Part shown: positions 24,401-37,586 of the stretch, one piece after another | How positions within the stretch are numbered: position 1 is the stretch's first letter | Layout of the letters: each line of letters begins with the position of its first letter | Assembly (NCBI RefSeq): GCF_044704955.1 | Contig: NC_091979.1 | Coordinates: 228,656,001 to 228,720,000 of the forward strand | Length of the DNA: 64,000 nt | Source of the DNA: Pristiophorus japonicus | Lineage: Eukaryota | Reading direction: 5' to 3' | Position numbers and translations under genes: made by a program | The notes under the pieces: model-generated | Database searches by the model: none | Seen by the model: the letters and a program-made list of their open reading frames with translations, nothing else | Told to the model about the DNA's origin: nothing

Positions 24401-24949
24401 ATGAATTTACATCAGTGACACTCCCCACATGCACGGGAACAAACCTTCAGGCACCCTGGGCTGATTTGCTGAGCAGTGCCAGACACACAGGTTTGTCAGT
24501 AAGTGCGGATGTTTGGCGATGGATGTAGTTCGAACCCTGTCCTTCAACCTCTGCCACCATGGAGGGTTTCTGAGCCTCTCGCAGGATGTGAGGGTCTTGT
24601 GATAAATCAGGCAGACTCAGCCTCACTGCTCCTACCTGAGGGGTGCACTAAATTAACTCTGAACTGGCAGACTCAGATCCCCTGCTGGTAACAGACCTGT
24701 ACAACGGGAGTGAGCACTGACTGGATCGAAGCCAGTACAAATATCATTCTGTGCTGTCCTATTTCTGGGAAAAAGGTCAAGTCTCTGAATCCCTTGGGTT
24801 TGATAGCTATGCTTTTAAACTCAGACAGTCTCTACCCGCTCTGGTTAGAGGGAGTCGGTGCACACTGTACAGACAATCGATGCTTTGTGAGGGGAATATT
24901 TTCTTTCTGCTGCAAATAAATCACAGGTTACCATAACTCATTTTAGGGT

Positions 24950-24955
24950 TTTATT
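24950..24955 (-). terminator. TAF5: Likely TAF5 poly(A) signal AATAAA
   Basis: AATAAA on the - strand about 390 nt after the stop codon. Confidence 0.6.
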
Positions 24956-25340
24956 GTAAACTTGAAAAAATACAGAAACAGGAATGATCCCGTTCATTCC
25001 TTATGTAAATGTCCCAGTGCGACAATGTGTCGCAAATATGGCAGCGGGTGAGTCACCTCCGGAGGCAGGAGGGGGGGAATACGAGAATGTCACGGATACC
25101 GTGAAAATAGCTGCATCCTCCGTTGTTTGTGGTGGTAACCGGAGATGGCAAAAGACAGGAGAGACTTGGGTTCTTTATCCTGGCGAATATGAGCGGGAGG
25201 AGGCTGCGGGGGGCCGCAAGCGGGAGCCCGTCACGGCAGGCTGTACGCTCCAGCAGCAGGTAGCGCTGGGTGAAGTTCAGGCCGATGAGCAGGGGGCTCC
25301 GGGGGGGGGGGGGGGGGAAAGAAGAGGGGAGGGGGCGCCA

Positions 25341-25558
25341 TCACTGCGGGTTGTATGCCCCCGCGGCCAGCAGCAGGTTGCGGCGGGTGAAGTGCAGGCC
25401 TATGACCGGTGTGGATTTGGTCATGTAGGAGCCCAGCAGCAGCTCCTGAGAGTTGTCGGGCAGGTTGATGTGCCCAGTGGCAGTGCTGAAATCGTCCGTC
25501 TCCAGGTCCTCAAAGGCTTTCACTGTGTCCCACATTCTGACTGTGTGATCCATGGAAC
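25341..25558 (-). CDS. TAF5: TAF5 coding exon 10 (C-terminus ...LHFTRRNLLLAAGAYNPQ*)
   Basis: 218 nt to TGA; exon lengths sum to 2235 nt, in frame. Confidence 0.96.
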
Positions 25559-25679
25559 CTGAAACACAACAAAGCAGAGAACGGTCAGGACTCCCAGGCT
25601 GAAAAACCCTAGCTTCTCCAACAGACACCGAGCGTCTCCCGCATTCAACTCAAAGACAATGATATCCGGGCAGGTTAAA

Positions 25680-27410
25680 ACAAAAAAAACCTTGCATTTT
25701 TATAGTGCCTTTCACAGCTAATGATGTACTTTTTGAACTGTAGTCAATATAGTAAGGTTGGAAACATGGCGGTCTATCTGCACACAGCAAGATCCCTTAA
25801 ACATCAATGTGATAATGGCTAGATAATCCGTTTTAGAGATGTTGGTTGAGGGTCCAGAACAGCGGGGCTAACTCCCCTGCTCTTCGAGATATTGCCATGG
25901 GATCTTTTACGTCCACCTGAGAGAGCAGACATGGCCTCAGTTTAACGTATCATCCGAAAGACGGCCCCTCCAACAGTACCCTTTCACATTATTCAATAGT
26001 TTCTGCTCATTGTTTCTCTGCTATTAATGGTTGCCTTGAATTTCAGCCTGGATTTTGTGCTCAAGTCTGTGGAGCGGGACTTGAACCTAGTCAGACCAAA
26101 CTCAGTGGTGGGAAAATTATTAGAAAAAATCTTGAGGGACAGGATAAATCTTCTTTTGGAAAGACATGCATTTGTCAAGAGAAGGTCATGTCTGACTATG
26201 TTGATTCAATTTTTCGAGGAGGTAACCAGGAGGATCAGTGAGGGCAGTGCGCATGATGTAGTGTATATGGATTTTAGCAAAGCTTTCGATAAGGTCCCAC
26301 ATGGCAGACTGGTCACAAAAGTAAAAGCCCATGGGATTCAGGGCAAAGTGACAAGTTGAATCCAAAATTGGCTGAGGTAGGAAGCAAAGGGTAATGGTTG
26401 ATGGGTGTTTTTGTGACTTGAAGACTGTATCCAGTAGAGTTCTGCAGGGCTCAGTACTGGGTCCCTTACTTTTTGTGGTATATATCAATGACTTGGGACT
26501 TGAATGTTGGGTATGATTAAGAAGTTTGCAGATGACATTAAAATAGGCTGTGTGGTTGATAATGAAGAAGAAAGCTGCGGATTACAGGAAGATATCAATG
26601 GACTGGTCAGGTGGGCGGAACAGTGGCAAATGGAATTCAATCCGGATAAGTGTGAGGTAATGCATTTGTGGAGGTCTAACAAGGCAAGGGAATACACATT
26701 AAATGGTGCGACACTGAAAAGCATAGAGGAACAAACGAACCTTGGAGTGCAGGTCCACAGATCCTTAAAGTACTAGGCCAGGCAGATAAAGTGGTTAAGA
26801 AGGCATATGGAATACAAGAGCAAGGAGGTTATACTTTAGCTGTGGCCTAACTAGTGTTTTATACAGTTCGAGTACTGCGTGCAGTTCTGGTCACCACATT
26901 ACAGGAAAGTTGTGATTGCACTGGAGAGGGTACAGAGGAGATTTACAAGAATGTTGTCTGGACTGGAGAATTTTGGCTATGAGGAAAGATTAGATAGGTT
27001 GGGTCTGTTTTCTTTGGAAAAGAGGAGGCTGAGGGAAGACCTGATTGAAGTGTATAAAATTATGAGGGGCCTGTATAGAGTGGATGGGAAGGACCCGTTT
27101 CCCTTGGCAGAGGGGTCAACAACCAGGGGACGTAGATTTAAAGTAATTGGGGGCAGGTTTAGAGGAGATATGAGGGGAATTTCTTCACCCAGAGGGTTGT
27201 GGTGGTCTGGAACTCACTGCCTGAAAGGGTGGTAGAGGCAGAAACCCTCACCACATTTAAAAAGTACTTTGATGCGCACTTGAAGTGCCGTAACCTGCAG
27301 GGCTACGGACCGAGAGCTGGAAAGTGGGATTAGGCTGGATAGCTGTTGTTGGCCAGCGTGGACACGATGGGCCGAAATGGCCTCCTTCCGTGCTGTAAAT
27401 TTCTATGATA
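25680..27410. mobile_element. DeuSINE-like SINE (-, 25680-26085) followed by a CR1 RT/3' fragment (+, 26085-27410)
   Basis: SINE central domain (GCCATGGGATCTTTTACGTCCACCTGAGAG); CR1 YMDFSKAFDKVPH and FADD. Confidence 0.85.
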
Positions 27411-27908
27411 AACTCAGGGGTTCGATTCCTGGTTATGTCGGATATGGAACAAAACTGGCCGACGTATAAACACTGGTAGGATGTTGAACTGGATAGGCAA
27501 AACAGTCGACTAAGTCAGGGGAAGTGCAGTGTATGGGTTATATTATTGGATTAGTAATCCACAAAATGGGTGTTTAACGCCCACCAGGGAAGTTTGAGAA
27601 TTAAGTTTAAAAAAAAATCAGGAAAAGTAAAAGTGAAGCTGTCGTAAAATCCCAATTGGGTCTTTTAGGGAAGGAATTCTGCCGTCCTTACCTGGTCTGG
27701 GCCTATATGTGACTCCAGTCCCACACCAAGTTGCTTACCTCTTAACTGCCCTCTAGAGTTGACACTTGATTTGTATCAACCGCTACCAGCGGTTCAAGAA
27801 GAAAGCCCACTATCACCTTCTCAGCGCCATTAGGGCATTAAATGCCAGTGACAAGAAAGAATTAGAAAAATTCTGCCTTTTCCCCACTCCATAAACGCTC
27901 AATCTCAC

Positions 27909-28086
27909 CAGAGGCTAAAATCTCCCCATCTCGGCTGAACTTCAGTGCGTAGACCGTGTCGGTGTGACCTTTCAGCTCGCCCACGAGCAGCCCGTGCCCA
28001 ATATCCCAGAGCAGAACCCGCCCGTCTGTAGCACCGGAAGCCAGGTATCTGCCATTGGGAGAGAACACCAGCGAATGGATCGGCCC
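27909..28086 (-). CDS. TAF5: TAF5 coding exon 9 (WD40)
   Basis: GPIHSLVFSPNGRYLASGATDGRVLLWDIGHG...FSRDGEILAS; 178 nt; preceded by a 107-nt intron. Confidence 0.96.
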
Positions 28087-28193
28087 CTGGTTGGAATAAA
28101 CGAAAGGGACATTAACACGCCGGCCTGTTTCAGCAGGGATGTGGGAGTGTGTTTATGGGGCTCACCAGCAGCCACCTGCACAGGGCCTCGTAC

Positions 28194-28371
28194 CTTGTGT
28201 CCCGTGAGGATTCGCACGCAGTTGCCATTTAGAACATCCCATAGCCGGATGGTCCTGTCTGCCGATCCCGTCACCACGTAATTCGAGTTGGGGTGAAATC
28301 TGGTGCAAGTGACATCAGAGAGGTGACCAGAGAATATCCGCAGGGGCTGGTAGTGGTCAGTCACCCAAAGC
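28194..28371 (-). CDS. TAF5: TAF5 coding exon 8 (WD40)
   Basis: LWVTDHYQPLRIFSGHLSDV...FHPNSNYVVTGSADRTIRLWD; 178 nt. Confidence 0.96.
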
Positions 28372-29639
28372 CTGAAGAATGGAATGGCCCAGACTGTTAC
28401 TTAAATACGGCTGCATCCTACTGACGACCCGTGGGCGATTCCAACTCACTCACTACATGTGGTGCCGCTCCCACTGCATTTCTGGTCCGAGGGGCACACC
28501 GTACTGCAAGTGCATCTGTGCACAGCTCAGCACCCACTGCCAGAAGTAGATGCAGATCCTTTAGAAAGGCTCAGACAAAAGTGACTGATGGGGGTGGGTC
28601 CAAGGTAGAATAATGGAGTAAAAATTCCGATGTCCCGGGCCCGTACAAAGTTTCTACGGCCCTGGGAAGGCAGCGGAAAAGCCGGTTTTCAGCAGGCAAT
28701 GCGCATGCACTGAAAACCGGCTTTTCCGATCTGTTGTAGACATCTTGGGAGCGAGGACGACACATCGGGAGCGAGGACATTTGTCAGGGCAAGATTGCGG
28801 GATTTACCCATATCTTGCCCAGCAAATGTCCTCAAAAATCTTGCGCCTGAAAAAGCAGGCGCATAGCCTACTTTTATAGGCGCGTGTTTTAAAACACATA
28901 CAAACAATTGTAAAATAAAATTATAAACATAGTTTACTGTTAAAAACCCTTCCCACTACGGTAAATTTATTTTTAACCATAATTAAAAAAACTTTTTAAA
29001 AATCGGGAAAATATTTTATTTTTGAGACATAACTTTAATTTCAATTCATTTTAAATATGCGTGGTCTGTTTTTTATTTTTTATTAATTTGTGTGTTTGGT
29101 TTTGTTCCCATTAATAGCACAGAACTCGTAGTTACGCGCGTCTCAGTGCTATTAATGGGAACCTGCGAAATACCTACCTGATTAGCTGAGCAGCCACACG
29201 TGACTGCACCTTCTGCGTGGGAACCTGGAGGACGGGAGCGTGCTTCGCAGCGCGGGAAGAGAAGGCCTCCCCCATTGGAATCCAGGGCGCCTCCCAGACC
29301 ACCAGGTACTTTCGTAAAAAATCTCCAGCAAGGAGGCAATTGCCTGCGGGAAGACCCCCAGAGAAATTTCTGGGCCATTCAGACATGGACTGTGGCGGGG
29401 GGCAGAAGCGGACTGATGGGATAACCAGATGCTCGGGGGAACGGGACTGATGGTTGAATGGCTGTGTCTCACCCTGGACTTTGATCTTATGCCACATGGT
29501 AGCAGGCAGTGAATGAATTCCTCATCAGACATCATTCCAGGAAAGCCCCCATATTACATGCCCTATTCAAAGCCGCACCCTCCAGTTTGCAAAGTATTAA
29601 CCCCCTTATATCATGTATACATCAATTCGACCATTGGAA

Positions 29640-30640
29640 TATTACAACTTGTATTTATATAGCGCATTTAACATAGTGAAACGTCTCAAGGCTCTTCACA
29701 GGAGTATTATGCCATAAAAATTTGATACCGAGACGCACAAGTAGAAATTAGCAGAGGGTTTGGTCAAAGAGGTATGTTTTAAGGAGCGTCTTGAAGGAGG
29801 AAAGAGGGGTGGAGAGGTTTAGGCAGGGAGTTCCAGAGCTTGGAGCCCAGACAACAGAAGGCAGAGCCACCAATGGTTGAGCGATTATAATCAGGAATGC
29901 TCAGGAGGGCAGAATTAGAGGAGCGCAGACATCTCGGGGGGGCGGGGTTTGTGGGGCTGGAGGAGAGTACAGAGATGGGGAGGGACGAGATCATGGAGCG
30001 ATTTAAGAATAAGGATAAATTTGAAACTGAGGTGTTGCTTAACGGAAGCCAATGTATGTCAGTGAGCACAGGGGTGATGGGTGAGCGGGACTTGTTTCGA
30101 GTTAGGACACGGGCAGCCGAGTTTTGAATCACCTCTAGTTTATGTAGGGTAGAACGTGGGAGGCCAGCCAGGAGTGTGTTGGAATAGTAAAGTCTAGAGG
30201 GCTTCAGCAGCAGATGAGCTGAGGCAAGAGCGGAGACAGGCGATCTTACGGAGGTGGAAATAGGCGGTCTTAGTTATGTTGCGGATAAGTGGTCGAAAGC
30301 TCATTTCAGGGTCAAATATGACACCAAGGTTGTGAACAGTTTGATTCAATCAGTCTCAGAGGTTGGGGAGAGAGATAGAGTCAGTGGCTAGGGAACGGGG
30401 TTTGTGGCAGGGACCGAAAACAATGGCTTCAATCTTCCAGATATTCAATTATAGAAAATTTCTGCTCATCCAGAACTGGATGTCGGACAAACAGTCTGAC
30501 AATTTAGAGACTGTGGAGGGGTCGAGAGAAGTGGTGGAGAGTTAGAGCTGGGTTTCTTCAGCATACATGTGGGAACTGCCGCTGTGTTTCCAGATGATGT
30601 CGCCAAGGGCAACATGTAGATGAGAAATAAGAGGGGGCCA
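29640..30640 (-). mobile_element. L2 LINE 3' fragment
   Basis: IQNSAARVLT..ITPVL..HWLP and GGSAF..GSKLWNSLP. Confidence 0.85.
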
Positions 30641-30669
30641 ATTAATACAAAAATAATGAAGTTACATTG

Positions 30670-31225
30670 AACTGCGAGTTTTGGTCTTCTCATTTAAGGA
30701 GGAATATACTTGCATTAGAGGCAGTTCAGAGAACGTTCACTTGGTTGATTCCTGAGATGAAGGGGTTGACTTATGAAGAAAGGTTGAGCAGGTTGGGCCT
30801 ACACCCATTGGAGTTTAGAAGAGAGGATATCTTATTGAAACTTAAGATTCTGAGGGGGCTCGACAGGGTAGGTGCAGAGAGGATATTTCCACCCCTGAGG
30901 GAATCTAGAACTAGGGTACATAGTTCATAGTTTCAGAATAAGGGGCCGCCCATTTAAAAGTGAGATGAGGAAGAATTTCTTCTCAGAGGGTTGTAAATAA
31001 ATCTGTGGAATTCTCTGCCCCAGAGAGCTGTGGAGGCTGAGTCATTGAATATATTTAAAGGTGGAGATAGACAGATTTTTCAATGATAAGGGAGTCAAGG
31101 GTTATGGGGAGCGGGCAGGGAAGTGGAGTTGAGTCCATGATAAGATCAACGATGATCTTATTAAATGGCGCAGCAGGCTCAAGGGGCCAAATAACCGACT
31201 CCTGCTCCTATTTCTTATGTTCTTA
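30670..31225 (+). mobile_element. CR1 LINE 3' fragment
   Basis: FWS..LEAVQR..YEERLSRLGL; CR1 3'UTR. Confidence 0.85.
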
Positions 31226-31323
31226 ACTGTCAAGCCGTGACCCTGCCCTCACCCACGCCGTGACCCTGCCCTCACCCACACCGTGACTATGCCCTCGCCG
31301 TGACCCCGCCCTCACACACTCAC

Positions 31324-31488
31324 CGTGCCACTCGGTCGTGCCCCCCCGAGATGAAGTAGTAGCCGTACGGGGAGAACTGCGTGTCCCATACCGGGTAGTT
31401 GTGCCCTTTGTAGCCCACCAGACAGGTGAAGGTTTGCAGACTCCACAGTCTCACCGTCCCATCCTCCGAGCTGGACAGTAGGTAATTC
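31324..31488 (-). CDS. TAF5: TAF5 coding exon 7 (WD40)
   Basis: NYLLSSSEDGTVRLWSLQTFTCLVGYKGHNYPVWD...GGHDRVAR; 165 nt. Confidence 0.96.
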
Positions 31489-31654
31489 CTGAGGAGGAGA
31501 GAGTGGAGAAACATCAAACGTGGTTCCTCCTCACTGTTCCCATCAAGTCCAATTGCAGTCGTCTTAACCGATAAGGGGTTATGGGGAACGGGCAGGGAAG
31601 TGGACACAGTTACAATAGAAGGTGTTAAGTGGTTTCCCAGGAGCTGCTCCTCAC

Positions 31655-31784
31655 CTGTCGGGACTGAAGCTGGTCCCGTACACTGGGCCGCCGTGTCCCA
31701 GTAACATTTTAAACTCGCACGCAGTCTTCTCGTCCATTATCCTCTCCAGCACATCTTCCGACTCCTTGTCGATTAAACTGAGAT
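31655..31784 (-). CDS. TAF5: TAF5 coding exon 6
   Basis: Manual translation DLSLIDKESEDVLERIMDEKTA...GHGGPVYGTSFSPDR; 130 nt. Confidence 0.95.
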
Positions 31785-33100
31785 CTGGAGGGGAGAGAAA
31801 GCGCTCAGTGAGATCGCTGCCTCCGCCCCGGGCTGCGACACATCTCCCATGTCTCAGTTGCTCCCCGACGGGAGCAGGAACTATATATTAGAAAATACAC
31901 ATCTCCCGTAGCCTGTTCCAAGAGGCGGGAATGTCCTTGACCGTCCTGGGCTGCAACACCAGACCGGTCATGTGTGTCGGGGAGATGCACAAGGCTGCAC
32001 GGCGCGCTATCCATCCCCAAGGGGTGCGGGGATCCCAGAGAACCGGCACGCAGTTTGTATGAAGCACTCCCGGTCAGCACTGCTGCTCACTCAGGGTTTG
32101 TCAGGATTCACAATCCCAAGGATGGAGGGTACACCCAGGCACACTGCGGCGACGGGACACAGGTCTGCACCTACAATCTCAGCCCCTGAACTCAGTCATA
32201 TACTGAGGCCAGCGGCAAATCACCGCAGGGTGGGGTGGGGGATAAAACACAACAGGCTCATTGACGGGGCCTTTCACTTGCTGCCAGGGAGCTGCGATAA
32301 CCCCCACTCCCAGTAACATTCTCTCGCCTGCTGTTGCTGGTCAGGGGGCAGCACCAAATGTTGGCAGGAACCAACTACACCTGCAACTTATTTCACACAT
32401 AGCGTTGTTCTGATCTGGAACGCACTCTCTTAAAGGGTGATGGATCAGGTTCCATAGGTGCTTTCAAAAGGCAATTGGACATGTACCTGAAGAGAAGTCA
32501 TTTGCAGGTTATTGGTACTGAGCTGGGGCGGGACCGGGCTGGGGCGGGGGGTGGAGCGGGAGCGAGCTTGGGGGGGGGGGGAGGGGGGAGGGGAAACAGG
32601 ACCAAGCCGGGGCGGGACCGAGCCGTGGCAGGGGGTGGGGGGGCAGGGCCGAGCTGGGCAACTGTTGCAAAGATCTGGCACAGGCACGATGGGCTGAGTG
32701 CTCTCCTTCTGTACTGCGCGATTCTATTCTAACGAGCCTGATAGTGGAGGCCCAGAGGCAGTTTGCGCAGGTCTGCTGAAGGACAATGAAGGGCAGGAGG
32801 GCCGTAAACAGTCTCCAGTCCGTGGGCCAATGCTCCCTCTAATTTGTATTTGGGTGTGTGGCCCCTTTGGGGGCGCAGTTTTCCAATTGAAAAGCCGGGG
32901 TCTGCCTGGGACCTCCGGACAGCCGCACAGCTCAACAGGAACAGTGCCATGGGTCACGTCCGGCCCGGCACATTTGCGTTAACACAAGTGCCTGATCCCC
33001 AACTCCCCGACACACCTACCCACCCCCCACTTCGACATGCCCACGTTCCTGTCCAATACCCCGGCGGGTGGCCCGATGCTCCAGGGCCGAGCAGCGTTAC

Positions 33101-33221
33101 CTGTTGCCCCTTTGACGCTCCGCAGCTTCTTCGGCGTGGCACTCCACACCCTCACGGTGGAATCAGCGAACCCTCCCGCTATCAGACCAGAATCGTCTGT
33201 GAAATCAACCGCAGTGAGACC
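33101..33221 (-). CDS. TAF5: TAF5 coding exon 5 (WD40)
   Basis: Manual translation GLTAVDFTDDSGLIAGGFADSTVRVWSATPKKLRSVK; 121 nt. Confidence 0.95.
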
Positions 33222-33579
33222 CTGGACCAGTACAGAAAGGGGGGGAAATGCAGATTACAAACCCAGCACAACAAGACAGCATTTCTGAAGAATGTGTCAC
33301 GAAAACATCAATGGTGCGCGCAGTGTTCCAGCTGTAGCCAAACCAAGGCCCTGTACAAATTCAACAGCACTTCCTTGCTTTTACATTCAACACCTCTATG
33401 TACAGACCTCAATCCCACTTAACTTCTTTATGGCCTTATCTACCTGCACTCTCCCCTTCAACAATCTGTGTACCTACAGTCCCTCGATCTCTCTCTTCCT
33501 TCACTAGATTAGCAATCTTACCATTTAAGGGTCCATTCTTTTCACGGTTCATTTTTCAAAATATATGACCTCACATTTC

Positions 33580-33950
33580 AGTGTCAGCTGTGGCTCAGCG
33601 GGCATCACTCTCGCCTCAGAAGCACAAAAAATACAGGCCGACACTCCAGTGCAGTACTGAGGGAGTGTTGCACTGTCGGAGGTTAAACCGAGCCCCATCT
33701 GCCCTCTCAGGTGGATGTAAAAGATCCCATGGCACTATTCGAAGAGCAGCAGCGGAGTTATTCCCGGTGTCCTTGGGCCAATATTTATCCCTCAACCAAC
33801 ATAACAAAACAGTTTATCTGGAGCTTGCGGAGCGCAATTTGGCTGCTGCGTTTCCCACATTACAACAGTGACTACACTCCTGGCTGTAAAGCGCTTTGAG
33901 ACGTCCGGTGGTCATGAATGGTGCTATATAAATGCAAGTGTTTCTGCTTT
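33580..33950 (+). mobile_element. DeuSINE-like SINE
   Basis: Same head, central domain (AAAGATCCCATGGCACTATT) and tail as the other copies. Confidence 0.8.
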
Positions 33951-33997
33951 CATTTCTCTACAGGCTGCAGCACGTCACTGCGCAGTACATCACTAAC

Positions 33998-34133
33998 CTG
34001 GTAGGCGTTGAGGAAGGTGTAAAAGCAGATGGAGGGCAGGCAGTCTGGGCCAAGCTTCACCCTCTTCGTGGCTTCCTTCATTATCAATATCTTGTCCAGT
34101 TTGTCGGAATCTTTCAGCTCAGGAAGCGGAATT
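33998..34133 (-). CDS. TAF5: TAF5 coding exon 4
   Basis: IPLPELKDSDKLDK...LPSICFYTFLNAYQ; 136 nt. Confidence 0.95.
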
Positions 34134-34534
34134 CTGCGGGTGGGAATGAAAGATGAAAGTACAATCCAGACACTATTCTCAATCCGGCAGTGTCTAGTGG
34201 GCATGGACAAACAACACAAAACAACTCCTAATCTGGCAATCTCACTCAAGGGAGCGCTATTAACCTGCTGTACCTGCCCTGGGAGTGTTATGATAGGACA
34301 GTGTAGAGGGAGCTTTACTCTCTATCTAACCCGTGCTGTACCTACCCTGGGAGTGTTTGATGGGGCAGTGTAGAGGGAGCTTTACTCTGTATCCAGCCCG
34401 TGCTGTACCCACCCTGGGAATACTGATTTAGTAGAAATACGTTCACATCCTGGTAAGTACCTCCTCCATCAAACATGAGAAACTTTTATTACAAAATACA
34501 CCCTGATTAAACGATTAAAGTTTTCAATAATTCA

Positions 34535-35950
34535 GTACCAAACAAGAATTTGCCAGGACTGGAGAATTTTAGCCATGCGGAAAGATTGGATAGGCTGGGT
34601 TTGTTTTCTTTGGCAGAGGAGGCTGAGAGGAGACTTTATTGAGGTATATAAAATTATGATGGGCCTAGATAGAGTGGATAGAAAGGAACTGTTTCCCTTA
34701 ACAGAGGGGTCAATAACCAGGGGACATAGATTTAAAGTAGTTGGTAGAAGGATTAGAGCGGAGATGAGAGGAAAACAATTCACCAGAGTGGTGTGGGTCT
34801 GGGGCTCACTGCCTGAAAGGTGGTAGAGGCAGAAACCTTCACCACATTTAAAAAGTACTTGGATGTGCACTTAAAGTGCCGTAACCTACAGAGCTACGGA
34901 CCGAGAGCTGGAAAGTGGGATTAGGCCGGATAGCTCTTGGTGGCCGGCGCGGACATGACGGGCCGAATGGCCTTCTTCTGTGCTGTAAATCTTTATGCTT
35001 CCGTGATACGATGAAGGAGCAAAATTCAGCGTTCTACGGTGTGACAGGCAGTCTCGACCTTCGCCCCCTGGTCAGTCAAGGTGATATCAATGGATAATAA
35101 TGAGTGCAAAGAATATGCTTAAATCAGAGGTAAATACTGGGCAGTGCTGCCAATTGCTGCACCACGAGAAACTGCAGCACCAACACAGGGTGTCGAGCAC
35201 AGGGGCCAAAATGTCCACCTACTAGCAGTGCCACTTCACATCCCATTTCTGACAGTGTCAACTGGGCCCCGCACCTCAGAAGAGATATATCGGCCTCGGA
35301 GGGGGGTGCAGTGCCGATTCACCAGAATGATACCCGGGCTAAAAGGGTTAAATTATGAGGACAGGTTGCCTAGATTAGGCTCGTATTCCCTCGAGTTTAG
35401 AAGATTGAGGGGCGATCTGATCGAGGTGTTTAACATATCAAAAGGATTTGATTAGGGTTGATGCAGAGAAACTATTTCCTCTGGTGGGAAGCCCAGAACA
35501 AGAGGGGGGGGGGGGGGGGGAAAGAACCTTAAAATTAGAGCCAGGCCGTTCAGGGGTAATGTCAGGAAGCACTTCTTCACATAAAGGTGGTGGAAATCTG
35601 GAACTCTCTCTCTCAAAAGGCTGTGGATGCTGGGGGTGAATTGGAGCTTTGAAGTCTGAGGTCGATAGATAGTTGTTGGGTAAGGGTATCGAGGGATATG
35701 GAGCAAAGGCGGTTACATGGAGAGAGGTACAGATCAGCCATGGTCTAATTGAATGGTGGAATAGGCTCGAAGGGCTGAATGGCCTCCTGCTCCTGTGTAA
35801 CAGGCTCGAAGGGCTGAATGGCCTCCTCCTGCTCCTGTGTAACAGGCTTGAGGGGCCGAATGGCCGCCTCCTGTTCCTGTGTAACAGGCCCGAGGGGCTG
35901 AATGGGCCTCCTCCTGTTCCTATGTAACAGGCTCGAGGGGCTCCTGTTCC
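34535..35950 (+). mobile_element. Two CR1 3' fragments (34535-35000 and 35280-35950)
   Basis: RRLRGD.IEV.K motifs; CR1 3'UTRs. Confidence 0.8.
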
Positions 35951-36229
35951 AATGTACACAGCTGATGCTGGGTGATATTTTAAAAACACACTATCTCAAA
36001 CAATATTTTAAAATTGCCATTTAACTGCCAGCAATAATTGGTGAGGACAGAGTTCGGCTGCTGAGTGTCGAAGTTATTCAACAGTTCGACACGGCTCCAG
36101 TGCACCGGAATTACTGTGATTGAGATTGGGGTGGAGGGGGGGGGGGGGGGAAGGAGGAGAGAGAGAGGAGGAGGGGGGGTGTAGTGGTGCAGTGCTGCCT
36201 CACTCCCTGGTTCTGCGGAGAGGCTGCTG

Positions 36230-37447
36230 TGATAAGAACATAATAGAAGCAGGAGTCAGCCACCTGGCCCCTCGAGCCTGTTCCGCCATTTAATAAGATC
36301 ATGGCTGATCTGATCGTGGGCTCAGCTCCACTTCCCTGCCTGCTCCCCATGACACTTCACTCCCTTATCGATCAAAAATCTGTCTATCTCTGCCTTAAAT
36401 ATATTCAATGACCCAGCCTCCACAGCTCTCTGGGGCAGAGAATTCCATAGATTTACAACCCTCAGAGAAGAAATTCCTCCTCATCTTAGTTTTAAATGGG
36501 AGACCCCTTATTCTTAAACTATGCCCCCTAGTTCTAGATTCCCCGAGGGGAAATATCCTCTCTGCATCTACCTAGTCGAGCCCCCTCGATATGTTTCAAT
36601 AAGATCACCTCTCATTCTTCTAAACTCCAATGAGTATAGGCCGAACCTGCTCAAACTTTCTTCATAAGGCAACCCCTTATCTCAGAAATCAACCGAGTGA
36701 ACCTTCTCTGAACTGCCTCCAATGCAAGAATATCCTTTCTGAAATACGGAGACCAAAACTCCAGGTGTGGCCTCACCAATACCCTGTACAGTTGTAGCAG
36801 GACTTCTCTGCTTTTATACTCCATCTCCCTTGCAATAAAGGCCAACATTCCATTTGTCTTCCAGATTACTTGCTGTACCTGCATACTAACTTGGAGCGAC
36901 AGGTCACGGTGAGGGCATGAATCCCCATCGTGTACTTACTGCCAGGAACTCCTTGTCGCTGCCATTACTGACACTGAATAAATTTAAAGACAGAAATAGA
37001 CAGATTCTTAAATGATAAGGGGATAAGGGGTTATGGGGAGCGAGCGGGAAAGTGGAGCTGAGTCCATGATCAGATCAGATCAACATTGATCTTATTGAAT
37101 GGCGGAGCAGGTTCGAGGGGCCGTATGGTCTACTCCTGTTCCTGTTTCTTATGTTCTTATGTACAAGGACCCCCCAGGTCCCCCTGTACCGCAGCACTTT
37201 GCAATTTTTCTCCATTTAAATTATAATTTTCTTTTTTTATTTTCCTGCCAAAGTGGATAACCTCACATTTTCCCACATTATACTCCATCTGCCAAATTTT
37301 TGCCACTCACTTAGCCTGTCTATATCCCTTTGCAGATTTTTTGTGTCCTCCTCACAACTTGCTTTCCCACCCATCTTTGTATCATCTGCAAACTTGGCTA
37401 CGTTACATTCAGTCCCTTCATCCAAGTCATTAATATAGATTGTAAAT
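36230..37447 (-). mobile_element. CR1 fragments (mainly - strand, with a + strand 3'UTR piece at ~36960-37160)
   Basis: [14 protein letters not shown] and LVRPHLE..RRFTRLI. Confidence 0.85.
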
Positions 37448-37586
37448 AGATGAGGAGAAGCGGAGAGGAGGATGTAACGGTGCCGTGCTGTCTCACTCAC
37501 CTGTTCTGCGGCGGGGCCGGTGTGATTGAGATGGGGGGGGGGGGCGGGGGATGGGGGATGTAGTGGTGCCGCGCTGCCTCACTCAC

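Noticed and set aside
24984-25562. 192-aa + strand ORF
   Set aside because: Antisense shadow of the TAF5 last exon and its duplicated tail.
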